Source of the DNA: Chloroflexota bacterium
GTDB taxonomy: Bacteria; Chloroflexota; UBA11872; VXNJ01
Reading direction: 5' to 3'
Length of the DNA stretch: 64,000 nucleotides
Assembly: GCA_965261345.1 (NCBI GenBank)
Contig: OZ253449.1
Span: forward strand, 992,001 to 1,056,000
A model generated the notes under the pieces. That model was given only the letters and a program-made list of their open reading frames with translations, did no database searches and was not told the origin of the DNA. The stretch's first letter is position 1. The number at the start of each line of letters is the position of its first letter. Shown here one piece after another: positions 41,227 to 51,246 of the stretch. Made by a program: the position numbers and the translations under genes.

Positions 41227-41229
41227 CGG

Positions 41230-42585
41230 TTACCTCCTGGGCAGCAGGCCGTTGGGCCAGAAAGAGAGGAACATGATCAGCAATCCGAACGAGATCGCGT
41301 CGCGCCACTCACCGCTCAGATCCCAAATGCCGAATTGTTCGACTAAGCCCAATGCGAACCCTCCAACAATTGCGCCGTAGATATTGCCGATGCCCCCGAC
41401 CACCGATGCGATCCAACCTTTGAGGAGGAGGAGGAGGCCCATTTTTGGTTGTATCGCAGTGTCGTGGCCGCTAATCAGGCCGGCCAAAGCGGCGTAGGCG
41501 GCGGCGATAAAAAACACCAGCGCGATGACCACGGTGGTGTTGATTCCCACCACCGTGGCGACCTGTTCATCGTCCCCGATCGCGCGCACGGCCCGACCGA
41601 AGGCGGTTTTTTTAAGCAGCAGCCACATTCCGGCAAACCCGAGCAGGGCAACCACGATTGCAAAGACGTTGAACCCCTTGATGAATGCCCCGCCGAGGGT
41701 CCAGGAGTCGCCGCCAAAGGTTGCCGGCAGGGGGCGCGGGGCGCTCTCGAAGGCGATCGAGATGAGGGCGGTTACAGCCAGCAGAACGCCCAGTGATGCG
41801 ACCAGCATGATCAGCGGTGATTTGGCCCGTTCGCGTATGTAGACGTATAAGCCGCGATAGAGCGCTAGACCCACCGTCGCCGCCAGCAGGCAGGATACGA
41901 CCCAACTCAGGTACAGATTGGCCGCCGGGGTGTTGGCGAAATACACGCCGCAGCCGGCGCCCACGGCCGCCCCCAGCAAAACGCTAACCGGAACCGCCCT
42001 GGCGACGGTCTGCGGCGCGACCTTTCCGATACCCCACCAGACGGCCCGGCCAGCCGCAACTGCCGCAACCGCTCCCAAGATAGGACTGAGCCAGATATTG
42101 AGATCGGTGGGAAAGGACAACACCAGCGCCGTATAGGCCCCGCAAGCGATCGCCAACAGGCCGATAACCAGTCGCACCGTGACCGGTTTGAGGTGCGCTT
42201 CCAATCGGGGGGCCAGCACCAGATGCAGGGCCCAGGCCGCAACTCCGGCGACGGCGGCGGCCAAGGCGATATTGATGACCACGTTGTTGACGTCGTAGCG
42301 GGAGTACAAGGCATCTGAGGACCGGAGGTAGAAGACGCCGTAAGCACCGATCGTGGCGGCCGCACCGTAATAGAGATCAAAGAACCAGACGGTGCTATAC
42401 GCAAACGTGAACCCCATCGCCAGCAGCGCGTAGATCGCCCCCACCGCGAGGCCGTTGAACGTGAACTGCAACGCCTGCACCGGCGATTGGCCGATCTTCC
42501 AGGCAATGTAGGCGAGCACCAGCAGGCCAAAGCCGATCGCCAGGAACCTGCCGTGGCTAGGCAGGGTCCTGGTCAGAAACGTCAA
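41230..42585 (-). CDS. livH: ABC permease (LivH-like) with additional TM insert
   Basis: NGLAVGAIYALLAMG, FGRAVRA, VVGGIG; TTG start at 42585 because the longer ORF begins inside the IS. Confidence 0.85.
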   Translation of the reverse strand: MTFLTRTLPSHGRFLAIGFGLLVLAYIAWKIGQSPVQALQFTFNGLAVGAIYALLAMGFTFAYSTVWFFDLYYGAAATIGAYGVFYLRSSDALYSRYDVNNVVINIALAAAVAGVAAWALHLVLAPRLEAHLKPVTVRLVIGLLAIACGAYTALVLSFPTDLNIWLSPILGAVAAVAAGRAVWWGIGKVAPQTVARAVPVSVLLGAAVGAGCGVYFANTPAANLYLSWVVSCLLAATVGLALYRGLYVYIRERAKSPLIMLVASLGVLLAVTALISIAFESAPRPLPATFGGDSWTLGGAFIKGFNVFAIVVALLGFAGMWLLLKKTAFGRAVRAIGDDEQVATVVGINTTVVIALVFFIAAAYAALAGLISGHDTAIQPKMGLLLLLKGWIASVVGGIGNIYGAIVGGFALGLVEQFGIWDLSGEWRDAISFGLLIMFLSFWPNGLLPRR

Positions 42586-42724
42586 CGCGCCGCTTGGTCC
42601 TAGAAGCCCGGCCGAAAAGCCCCTGTACAAAGGGCTAATCCGTCATCAAACATATAAAATATCAACAGGCATCTTGCGGAGCCTTTCCATTGATAAAAAC
42701 ATAGCATTGCCGGGTGGTGGAGAC

Positions 42725-43114
42725 ATGCTGGGGACCCATGCCCAAAAGGGCTTCTTCCAGACCGACGGCCTGCACCTTGACTACGTAGGACGCGATACCT
42801 TCTACGGCCGCCTGGCGGGCATGCGGGGAGAGCTGTTCAAAGACGAAGATTTCGCCGATCTCTACTGCGCCGACAACGGCCGCCCCAGCGTGGCGCCCTC
42901 GCTGCTGGCCACCGTTCTCCTGCTGCAGGCCCACGATAAGGTCTCTGACAACGAGGCCAAGCAGCGGGCCGACTACGACCTGCGCTGGAAGGTGGCGCTG
43001 GGGACCGAGCTGGAAGAACGCGCGTTCGCCAAGTCCACATTGCAGCTGTTTCGCTCGCAGCTGATCGTTCACGGCAGGGCGCGGGGGATATTTCGCCGCT
43101 CCCTGCAGCACGCC
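42725..43114 (+). pseudogene. IS1182 transposase N-terminal part (DUF772), interrupted
   Basis: FADLY..NGRPSVAP, VSDNEA, YDLRWKVALG, STLQLFR; continues in frame at 45133. Confidence 0.88.
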
Positions 43115-43166
43115 TGAACAGCGACAGTTATTCTGGCCGGGTGTGTGTCACTTATTTTGGCCGGTT

Positions 43167-43416
43167 TCAATCCGACTTTAACTCCTCCTTTTCAAGCCCG
43201 GTCCGGTAACTGGGCACGTCAAATTCAAGTACTACGGCGTGATGGACGATTCGGTCGGCCGCCGCCGCGGTCGCCATCGGATTGGGAAAGATCTTGCCCC
43301 ATTCGGAGAAGACCAGGTTTGATGAGATCCCGATCGAGCGCCGCTCGTAGCGCTCGGCGATCAGGGTAAAGAGCACCTCGGCCTCATCTGTCCCCTGCGG
43401 CAGGTAACCCAAATCG
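43167..43416 (-). pseudogene. istB: istB (IS21 helper ATPase) 3' remnant
   Basis: DLGYLPQG..EAEVLFTLIAERYERRS..ISSNLVFSEW, DRIVHHA, SYR. Confidence 0.88.
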
Positions 43417-45098
43417 CGCATTGACTCACTGTTTTTGTAACCCAAACAGGGCCGTTGCCTCACTAGATTTGTAACCCAAATCCACAGGGAGGCAACCGAT
43501 GCGAGGAAAGAAGCTGAGCCGGGCGGTGCGGAAGGAGCTGCTAGCGGCCTTAAGGGGCCGCTATGCGAGGGCGTCCAAGATCGACAAGGGCGGAATCCTT
43601 AACGAGTTCGTGGCTCTATCTGGCCACAACCGCAAATACGCAACCCGATTGCTGGGCAATGCTGCAAGCCCTGCTCCGGCACCGCCCACCAAGTCCTCAT
43701 ACCGCATCTACGACGAGGCCGTCAGGGAGTCTTTGATCATCCTTAAGGGAAGCGGCCGATCGGATCTGCGGCAAACGGTTGCAAGCGATATTGCCCAGCC
43801 TGATCGAATCGCTGGAAGGGCATGGCCACCTGCAGCTTGATCTGGACCTTAAAAGCAAGCTCTTCGCGATCAGCCCGGCATCGATCGATCGCCTCCTCAA
43901 ACCAGTCCGCAAGACCGCCGGCAGCAGTCGACGGCGTCACCCCCGCCGCCGCAACCGTCATCACGCCAAGGTCCCGATCCGGACGTTTGCCGATTGGCAT
44001 GGCCCCGACCCCGGCTACCTGGAAATAGATCTGGTGGCCCACTGTGGTGGCAACATGGCCGGGAGCTTCATCCAGTCCCTGTCGGTTACCGATGTGTGCT
44101 CGGGCTGGGTGGAGGCAGTCCCGCTGCTGGCAAGGGAGCAGACGCTTGTGACCGAGGCGCTTGAGGTTATAGGCGGGCGGGTACCGGTGCCAATACTTGG
44201 AATCGATACTGACAACGACAGCGCCTTTATCTCCCAGACCCTTATCGATTACTGCCAAGAGCGTGAAATCGAGTTCACCCGCTCACGCGCCTACCGCTCC
44301 AACGATCAGGCCTACATCGAACAGAAGAACGGCGCCGTAATCAGACGCTTTGCCGGTTACGAGCGCTTTGCCGGCCTCATCGCCGGACAGACCCTGGCCC
44401 GACTCTTTGCCTTAGTTGGTCTCTACACCAATTTCTTCCAACCGTCTTTCAAACTGATCTCCAAGCAGCGCTATGGAGCCAGAACCCAAAAGCGCTACGA
44501 CCGTCCGCTAACTCCCTGCCAGCGCCTGCTCGATCACCCCGCCGTTGCCGAAAAGGTCAAGGAGGGGTTGCGCGCTACGCGCTTGCAACTGGATCCGCTC
44601 TTGCTCCTTAGCGAGATCCGCCAGGCCCAGTCGGCCCTGGCCACATTGGCATCGCCCGAGGAAAGAAGCAAGGTGCAAAAGGATGATCTGTCGCAGTTCC
44701 TGGCCAAGCTCTCTCATCTGTGGCGCGAGGGCGATGCAAATCCGACCCGCCGTCCAAAACGAAAGCGCCGCAGGTGGTGGCGGACTTGCCCCGACCCCCT
44801 AGAGCACGTCTGGCCCGCGGCGCTTACCTACCTGCAGGATCATCCCGACGCCAGCGGCATGCAGATCCTGAAAGTGCTCATGCGTGATCACCCCGACGCC
44901 GTCGGGCCCAAGCAGCTGCGGACGTTGCAGCGAAGGCTCAAGCAATGGCGGTCGGTGATGGCCAAAGAGCTTGTATACGGAGTCGTAAACGGTGCTGATG
45001 GTGCGGTTGAGAACGCCGAAATCGTAAGTGAAATCGCGCCAATCGGAGTCAAATAAACGGTCCCAAATTTCGGTTACATTTTTTGGTGAGGCAACGGG
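43417..45098 (+). mobile_element. ISNCY-like integrase-core (rve) element (inner)
   Basis: Ends carry TTG(A/C)CTCAC...GTAACCCAAA motifs, twice at left and once inverted at right (GGTTAC...GTGAGGCAACGGG); family assignment tentative. Confidence 0.75.
43499..45056 (+). pseudogene. rve/DDE transposase, frameshifted near 43744
   Basis: RYARASK..K..ILNEFVALSGHNRKYA then, in another frame, EAADRICGKRL, EIDLVAHCG, DTDNDSAF, FTRSRAY..NDQA.IEQKNG. Confidence 0.82.
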
Positions 45099-45132
45099 AA
45101 CCGGACAAAGTAACTGTCGCGGATCACACGCC

Positions 45133-46818
45133 CGCAAAAAGGGCTTCTTCAAGGGCCAGAGCATGAAGCTGGCGATCGATACCACCGCCATCCTGGGCAG
45201 GGGCGCGGTGCGGGACGCCTACAACCTGATCGGGGACGGCTGCCGCCTGCTGGTCGGCGCCCTGGCCGAACAGGATGGCCAAGACCCCAAAGAGTGGGCC
45301 CGCCAACACGGCTACAACCTGCATGCCGGCAAGAGCCTGAAGGGCGCTGTCGCCATCGACTGGTCGGACCGTAAACAGCGCCGCCGGTTCCTGGGGCGGA
45401 TCGTCAGAGACGCCGACTCGCTGCTGGCAAGGGCCCGCAGCGCGCTTGAATCCCCTGCTCCCGACAATAAGCGCGCCGATAAGATCCTGGCCTGCTCGCA
45501 GCTGCTGTCGCAGATCCTGCTCCAGGACGTAAAACGCGTCCCCGCGGAACCGGCAAAACCGGTTCCCGACGACCGCGATCGGCTGCTGCTGCCGGCGGGA
45601 ACCGACGCCGGCGAGGTCGATCCCGCCCCGGTGGCGGTCAGAGACAGGGGTGTCGCGGCCAGGGATTCGGCCGACGGCGCAGATGGCGAGGAAGTGGAGA
45701 TCGTCCGGGGCGGACGCGACCGGATCATATCGGCGCACGATCCGCAGATGCGCCATGGACGCAAGAGCTCGACCAACCGCTTTGCCGGCCACAAGGCCGC
45801 CATCGCCGTAGATTTGTCAACCGGCCTGGTAACCGCGGTGGACGTGATCCCGGGCAACGCCCCCGACAACTGCGGCGCCCTGGCGCTGGTGCGGGAGGCC
45901 GAAGAGAACGCCGCCGCCAAAGTCGAGATCGTCATCGGCGACTGCGCCTACGGGGCTGGCGACACCCGCAAGGACTTCGCCGACGCCGGGTACGACCTCT
46001 TCGCCAGGGCGCCGGGTAAACCAGCCAGCCGCTACTTTGTAAAGCAGGACTTTGCCATCGATCTGGAAAAGGGAACCTGCATCTGCCCGGCCGGGCAGAT
46101 AACTTCCGATTACCGCCGCTCGCGCTCCCGGCGCAGCGCCAAGACACGCGCCGGCCTCTTCCACTTCGCTAAAGAGCAGTGCTCGGCCTGTCCGCTCAAG
46201 AGATCCTGCATACGCTCTGCGACCAAACCCAACCGCCGCATCAGCGTCCATCCCCAGGAACGCCTGCTGCAGCAGGCCCGCATCCGCCAGCGCAGTAAGG
46301 AAGGCTTAAAGATCGCGCGCCTTAGAACCCGCGTCGAGCACCGCCTGGCCAGGCTCTGCCAGCTGGGCGTGCGCCAGTCGCGGTTCTTTGGCAGGCAACT
46401 TGCCGGGTTCCAGCTGCTGATGGCGGCCACGGTGGCCAACCTAACGCTTGCCGAAGGGGAGTCGTGGAAAAGGAAACCCTCGGGAACCGACCCGGGCCGG
46501 GAAGCCGGGCTGACCGCGGCCGCCGCAAACGGCCGGGAGGCGGCGCAGATGGCGATGGAGGGCAATCGGAACGGGGTCGCCGAAGGCCGGGAAGTAGCTT
46601 CTGCGCCGGTAATGGAAGGACCTGCGAATCGGGATTTGGCGCGGGGTCTTAAAAATGCGGTTGCCGCCGGCGCGATCGTTGCATGGGCCCAGAATTCCCA
46701 CGAAATATCGATCCAGAGTGTCCTAAATCGGTTTGGCGGCCTCAGGGAGGTCTTCGAGGTCATTGCTAATCTGTTTGAGCCCCGACGCGCGTTTTGGGCT
46801 TTTCGGCCTGGTTTCTAG
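45133..46818 (+). pseudogene. IS1182 transposase C-terminal part (DDE plus Zn-knuckle)
   Basis: IDTT, DRIISAHDPQMRHGRKS, GDCAYG, CICPAG, CSACPLKRSC, RTRVEH; stop codon supplied by the target CTAG. Confidence 0.88.
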
Positions 46819-48089
46819 GGAGCGATCGGGGCTGGGCCGAGCACCCTGTAGCCGTTGTTTTCCTCGGTCCGCTCAGCCAGCGGCAGGATCTCAACGACGA
46901 CATTGGACAACCCGACAACTTCGCCATCGGCGTCAAAGCTGTAATCGATCCCAATGCTTCCGCTCCAGGTGATCCCGTAGAGGCAATCCCTGAACCCGTC
47001 AGCGTCCTGGTCATCGCCGGTTTGACCCAGACATTCGGCGGTTATGTACACATCGTCGTAAGCCGATCCAATGTACCAGGGCAAGGTCACGTAGTCGTAG
47101 CGGTCGCGGAAGCTGGATAGGACGCTCTGCCCCTTAACGTTGCCCGGGTCTATATCGGTGGAGATTACCTTTAGTCCGGTCGCCGCGTCGCCGGCAATCT
47201 CCAGGGCGGTGGCGCCGGCCGCTACGATTTCCCCGTAAAGCGGGCCATCATAGCCCAGCTCGCGCAATTGCTTGACTATCGTTCCGCCGGCGAATTCGCT
47301 CTGCGCGGCGATGTGAATGGCCCCAGGATCTGCGCCCAGTAATTTCGTCAGTTGACTGCGGAAATCGGTCACATCAGAGGCGTAGCGTTCCTCGGCGAGA
47401 AGCTCCCCACCAAGTTCGAGGAACTGATCTACGGTCGTCCGTCGCACGCCCTCGGCATAGTCGGTCGACTCGGAAATGGTGGCCAGGCTGCGGACGCCGT
47501 CGGCCCAGAGAACATTGCCGGTGTCGATTCCCAATTGCAGATCGCTTAGGGCGGTCCGGAAAATGTAATCGCCGGCTTGGGCTATGTCCGGATTGGTGGC
47601 CAGCCCCGAAAACATTACCACCTGGTCTTCTTCAGCCAGCGGCGCGGCTCCCAACATCGCTCCGCTGCAGGATGTGCCCAGGATGATCCTGACCCCGTCG
47701 ACGTCGGTTAGTTTGCGATATGCGGTAATTGAGTCCTGCGCGTTGCATTTGGAGTCCTCAACCACCAGTTCCAGCATCCGCCCACCAACCCCGCCGGCGG
47801 CATTGATCTCATCAACCGCCATCTGTTTGGCCTGCAGCGACACGGTACCATAGGTTTCCCCGGGGCCGGTGAGCGACTCCATCACGCCGATGCGAAATGG
47901 GGCGAGCGGCTCCGGGGTGGGCTCGGCGGCGGCCGGGACGATGGTGGCGACCGTGGCCGGTTCCGGTTGCGGCGGCGGGGAATCGCCGTTGCAGGCTGCA
48001 ATCGCGACCGCCAGACCGGCCAAAGTCAGGCTGAGCGCTAAGGCTTTTAAACGTTTTTTGAATTTCCGCACTTGGACTCTCTCACACAC
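46815..48089 (-). CDS. livK: ABC substrate-binding lipoprotein (LivK-like)
   Basis: Lipobox IAAC, IGVMESLTG, EINAAGGVGGR, EDSKC, DFRSQLTK; start uncertain. Confidence 0.88.
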   Translation of the reverse strand: MCERVQVRKFKKRLKALALSLTLAGLAVAIAACNGDSPPPQPEPATVATIVPAAAEPTPEPLAPFRIGVMESLTGPGETYGTVSLQAKQMAVDEINAAGGVGGRMLELVVEDSKCNAQDSITAYRKLTDVDGVRIILGTSCSGAMLGAAPLAEEDQVVMFSGLATNPDIAQAGDYIFRTALSDLQLGIDTGNVLWADGVRSLATISESTDYAEGVRRTTVDQFLELGGELLAEERYASDVTDFRSQLTKLLGADPGAIHIAAQSEFAGGTIVKQLRELGYDGPLYGEIVAAGATALEIAGDAATGLKVISTDIDPGNVKGQSVLSSFRDRYDYVTLPWYIGSAYDDVYITAECLGQTGDDQDADGFRDCLYGITWSGSIGIDYSFDADGEVVGLSNVVVEILPLAERTEENNGYRVLGPAPIAP

Positions 48090-48270
48090 TGCGCACCGCG
48101 CCCGCGGGCCATGTCAACCGGTATGTTGAATCTAAACAGTAGGGGGCCGATTCGTCAATTGCCGATAAGGGCGGAATCGACCTGCAATCACTGCCCGAGC
48201 GCACGCCGGAGCGTGCCTACACGCCGGCTGGAAACCGGGCGGGCCACCGCGGCGAGTGGACCGCTGGAGG

Positions 48271-48807
48271 CTACTCGCTCAACAGGGCGAGGTGATCTTT
48301 GCGGAATTTGACAACCTTGGGTTCAATAAGAAACTGGCAGTATGCCTGACCCCGGTTGCGCCGAAAGTACTCGCGGTGGTAGTTCTCGGCCGGGTAGAAA
48401 TCGGACAGCGGTTCAATCTCGGTCACGATCGGCGCCGACCAGATCCGCTTAGCGGAAATTTCGGCCACAACCTGCCCGGCCTCCCGACGCTGATCTTCGG
48501 AGTGGAAATAAATTGCAGATCGGTATTGTGTACCTACGTCGGGCCCCTGGCGATTCAGCGTCGTGGGATCGTGAATCCCGAAAAAAACCTCGACCAGCTC
48601 TGTAAACGAGACAACGTCGGAATCAAAGGTCAGCTGGACCGCCTCGGCGTGGCCGGTCATGCCACCGCAGACCTGTTCGTAAGTGGGATTTATGACCGAT
48701 CCGCCAATGTATCCTGATTCAGCCTTCTCGACGCCGCGGACCAGCTCATAAACCGCCTCCAGACACCAAAAACAGCCTCCCGCCAGCGTCGCCTTCTCCC
48801 GTGCCAT
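48271..48807 (-). CDS. msrA: Peptide-methionine (S)-S-oxide reductase
   Basis: GGCFWC, GHAEAV, HDPTTLNRQG.DVGTQYRS, AENYH. Confidence 0.96.
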   Translation of the reverse strand: MAREKATLAGGCFWCLEAVYELVRGVEKAESGYIGGSVINPTYEQVCGGMTGHAEAVQLTFDSDVVSFTELVEVFFGIHDPTTLNRQGPDVGTQYRSAIYFHSEDQRREAGQVVAEISAKRIWSAPIVTEIEPLSDFYPAENYHREYFRRNRGQAYCQFLIEPKVVKFRKDHLALLSE

Positions 48808-49072
48808 AAGACCTAATCCTTGAAATAGTCGTGAAGCGGAGTTCCGGTTGCCTCTCCGCCCCGCGATCTTAAGAATCACATAACGCCTCGCCAAATGCCG
48901 CCCCGGTCAATTCCGGCGGCTCGTTTAGCACCTAACCCTGCCTGCCTTAAGGGCATTTCCGCGACGGTCGGCCGCAACCCGCCAGAGAAGTCTGGTGGTC
49001 AAATTCATCCTGAGGTTTGGATACAGTAACTCATACGTTAGAAAAAGTCAGCGACGGGATTGCGGAGCGGCG

Positions 49073-50125
49073 ATGCGAGTTAAGCGGGTGTTGGTACCTG
49101 ATAAAAACCAAGTTTTTTTGCAAGAAATTGAAATACCCGACCAACCGGAGGCCAACCAGGTCACGATCGAAACCGAGGCGACTTTCATATCCGCCGGAAC
49201 CGAGCTGGCAAACTACACGGCGCTATCCGCCGCGGTATACGAGAAAGGGTCCTGGTGCGAATACCCTTGGCCTTCGGGTTACTCCAACGTGGGCCACATC
49301 ATCGACCGCGGCGCCGCGGTCGAACAATTCGCGGTCGGAGACCGGGTATTTACCTTTGGCAATCACCAACAGATCCACCATGCCACGGTCTTTGATCCTG
49401 ACGCCAAAGAGAACGACTCGGGATCGCTGATGGTCAAGGTCCCGGACGCGCTTGATTCGGTGACCGCCGCGGCCTGCCGAATGCCGCTGGTGGCGATGAG
49501 CTCGCTCTCAAACACCCGCAAGCGCTTAAACGATACGGTCGGAGTGTGGGGCCTTGGCATGGTCGGCAACATGGCGGCGCAACTGTTTCAGCTGGCTGGC
49601 TGCAAGGTGATCGGGATCGACCCGGCCGGTTTTCGCCGGCATCTAGCTCAATCGATCGGCCTCGATAACGTGGTCGGTCCCGAACCCGGCGAAATTCACT
49701 CCCAAATGGCGGCCATCGGCGCCGATTCGAACGGTCTGGATATTGCCGTCGACGCGGTCGGTGAATCGGCAATCCTGGCCCAAATCCACCGGTACGTCCG
49801 CAAGTTCGGCCAGGTGACTCTGCTCGGTTCGCCGCGCCGCGAGCATGTGGGCGACATGAACCCGTTGCTCTCAGATGTGCACATGCGCGGGCTCAAACTG
49901 CGGGGTTCGCTTGAGTGGCTCATCCCGATGACCCCGCAAACCGCCATCGACGTGTCCACCCTGCACAACCTAAAAACCGTCCACGATCTGGCCGCCCGCG
50001 GCCGCCTCATTCTGGATCCGCTAATCTCGCACCGCCTGCCTCCCCAGGAGATTGAACGCGCCTACAAGGGGCTTCTCAATGACAAAGAGAACTACCTGGG
50101 GGTCGCGCTGATATGGAGCAACTGA
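49073..50125 (+). CDS. MDR-family (zinc-binding ADH-like) oxidoreductase
   Basis: ISAGTE, GYSNVG, GLGMVG. Confidence 0.85.
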   Translation: MRVKRVLVPDKNQVFLQEIEIPDQPEANQVTIETEATFISAGTELANYTALSAAVYEKGSWCEYPWPSGYSNVGHIIDRGAAVEQFAVGDRVFTFGNHQQIHHATVFDPDAKENDSGSLMVKVPDALDSVTAAACRMPLVAMSSLSNTRKRLNDTVGVWGLGMVGNMAAQLFQLAGCKVIGIDPAGFRRHLAQSIGLDNVVGPEPGEIHSQMAAIGADSNGLDIAVDAVGESAILAQIHRYVRKFGQVTLLGSPRREHVGDMNPLLSDVHMRGLKLRGSLEWLIPMTPQTAIDVSTLHNLKTVHDLAARGRLILDPLISHRLPPQEIERAYKGLLNDKENYLGVALIWSN

Positions 50126-50325
50126 GCGAGGTGGACCTGAGTACGTCCTCCACGGGCTTGCAAACGCGCTGCTGCTGGTAACATTTCGATGTTGTCGCGC
50201 AAGCTGCCGCGGCCTTGATAAAGCAGGCAGCATGCCGGCGTTTGGGGTTGGCGTTTCCGGGTCCCTCGTTGGGTTTGCGGAGAAGCCGACTTTTTATTTG
50301 CGAGCCGCCTAGGAATGCCACGCGC

Positions 50326-50622
50326 TTGGAGATAGCCCAATTAACCCAACAGGATTGGGTCCACATGTCGGCAATCGCCGCCCATGCCTGGGTATTTGCG
50401 CTCTGCATGCTGTTGGCGGCCGCATCATACCTGTTGGCGCACTCGATGGCGCCCTCGCTGGTTTACACCGGCGACTTGGATCCGCGCGTCGGCGCCGTGT
50501 TGCGCCTGCTCGTATATCCGGCGGTAGTTACCTTCGGATTGCTGGCGATTGTGGTGCTGGTAAAGGGCGCAATGCTGGGCCTTGAAGTCCTGCCGGATCT
50601 CTACCCGCGCGTATTCGTATGA
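50326..50622 (+). CDS. Small 2-TM membrane protein translationally coupled to actA
   Basis: Two hydrophobic helices; ATGA overlap with actA; start 50326 (TTG) or 50365. Confidence 0.7.
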   Translation: MEIAQLTQQDWVHMSAIAAHAWVFALCMLLAAASYLLAHSMAPSLVYTGDLDPRVGAVLRLLVYPAVVTFGLLAIVVLVKGAMLGLEVLPDLYPRVFV

Positions 50623-51242
50623 AGATCAACCTGATCTCGGTCATTACCGCTTTTCTACCGAAGCTGAGCCTGCGCCAGATGCTGATGCTGGCCGTGCCCG
50701 GAACCGTGCTCGGTGGCGGCGCGGTGACCGGGGTGTTCCTGCTCGTCTTCCTGGGTGCCTCGGGTGGGACTTTGCGCCCCGCGCCGGACCAGCCGATTCC
50801 CTTCGACCACTCAATCCATGCTGGTGAATTGGCAATCGCCTGTGAGTTCTGTCACCGCGGCGTAGTCGAACAGGCTGCCGCCACCATCCCCTCGCTGGAG
50901 CAGTGCATGTTCTGCCATTCGGTTGTCGCCACGGACCGTCCGGCGATCCAGCAGCTGCGCGTAGCATTCGAAAGTGGCGAAGGGATCGCCTGGGCGCGGG
51001 TCCACCGGTTGCCCGACCACGTCCGATTCGTGCACTCCCCACACATTGATGCCGGAATCGAATGTTCGACCTGCCACGGAGACGTTGCCAATATGAGCAC
51101 GGTCAAACAGGTTGTCAACCTGAACATGGGCACTTGCATGGGTTGTCACCGCAACACCAACGACAAGTCGATCGGCGCAAACAACCCGCATCCGATAAAT
51201 CCCGATTTCGCCTCGCTCGACTGCGCGATCTGTCACAAGTGA
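50619..51242 (+). CDS. actA: Alternative complex III pentaheme cytochrome c
   Basis: TM anchor, QPIPFDHSIH, RVHRLPDHVRFVHSPH, five CxxCH motifs. Confidence 0.9.
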   Translation: MKINLISVITAFLPKLSLRQMLMLAVPGTVLGGGAVTGVFLLVFLGASGGTLRPAPDQPIPFDHSIHAGELAIACEFCHRGVVEQAAATIPSLEQCMFCHSVVATDRPAIQQLRVAFESGEGIAWARVHRLPDHVRFVHSPHIDAGIECSTCHGDVANMSTVKQVVNLNMGTCMGCHRNTNDKSIGANNPHPINPDFASLDCAICHK

Positions 51243-51246
51243 TTTC

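Larger units (their letters stand above)
43115..45126 (-). mobile_element. IS21-family element (middle), internally deleted; 6-bp TSD CACGCC
   Basis: IRs TGAACAGCGACAGTTATTCTGGCCGG / TGATCCGCGACAGTTACTTTGTCCGG; CACGCC at 43109-43114 and 45127-45132. Confidence 0.88.
42600..46818 (+). mobile_element. IS1182-family element (outer), CTAG target
   Basis: CTAGAAGCCCGGCCGAAAAGCCC at left; GGGCTTTTCGGCCTGGTTTCTAG at right (imperfect IR bounded by CTAG on both sides). Confidence 0.88.

Noticed and set aside
43404-43482. Three periodic GTAACCCAAA copies as a mini-CRISPR
   Set aside because: The repeats are too short, no cas genes are present, and the motif recurs inverted at the other end of the IS; these are transposase binding sites.
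43730-43790. Programmed frameshift in the inner transposase
   Set aside because: No slippery run or stimulator, and the shift falls at an expected conserved Trp (LWEA); more likely an inactivating mutation or sequencing error.
45028-45132. N-terminus of the 596-aa ORF as a real fusion protein
   Set aside because: Chance read-through across IS ends; the true N-terminus is at 42725-43114.
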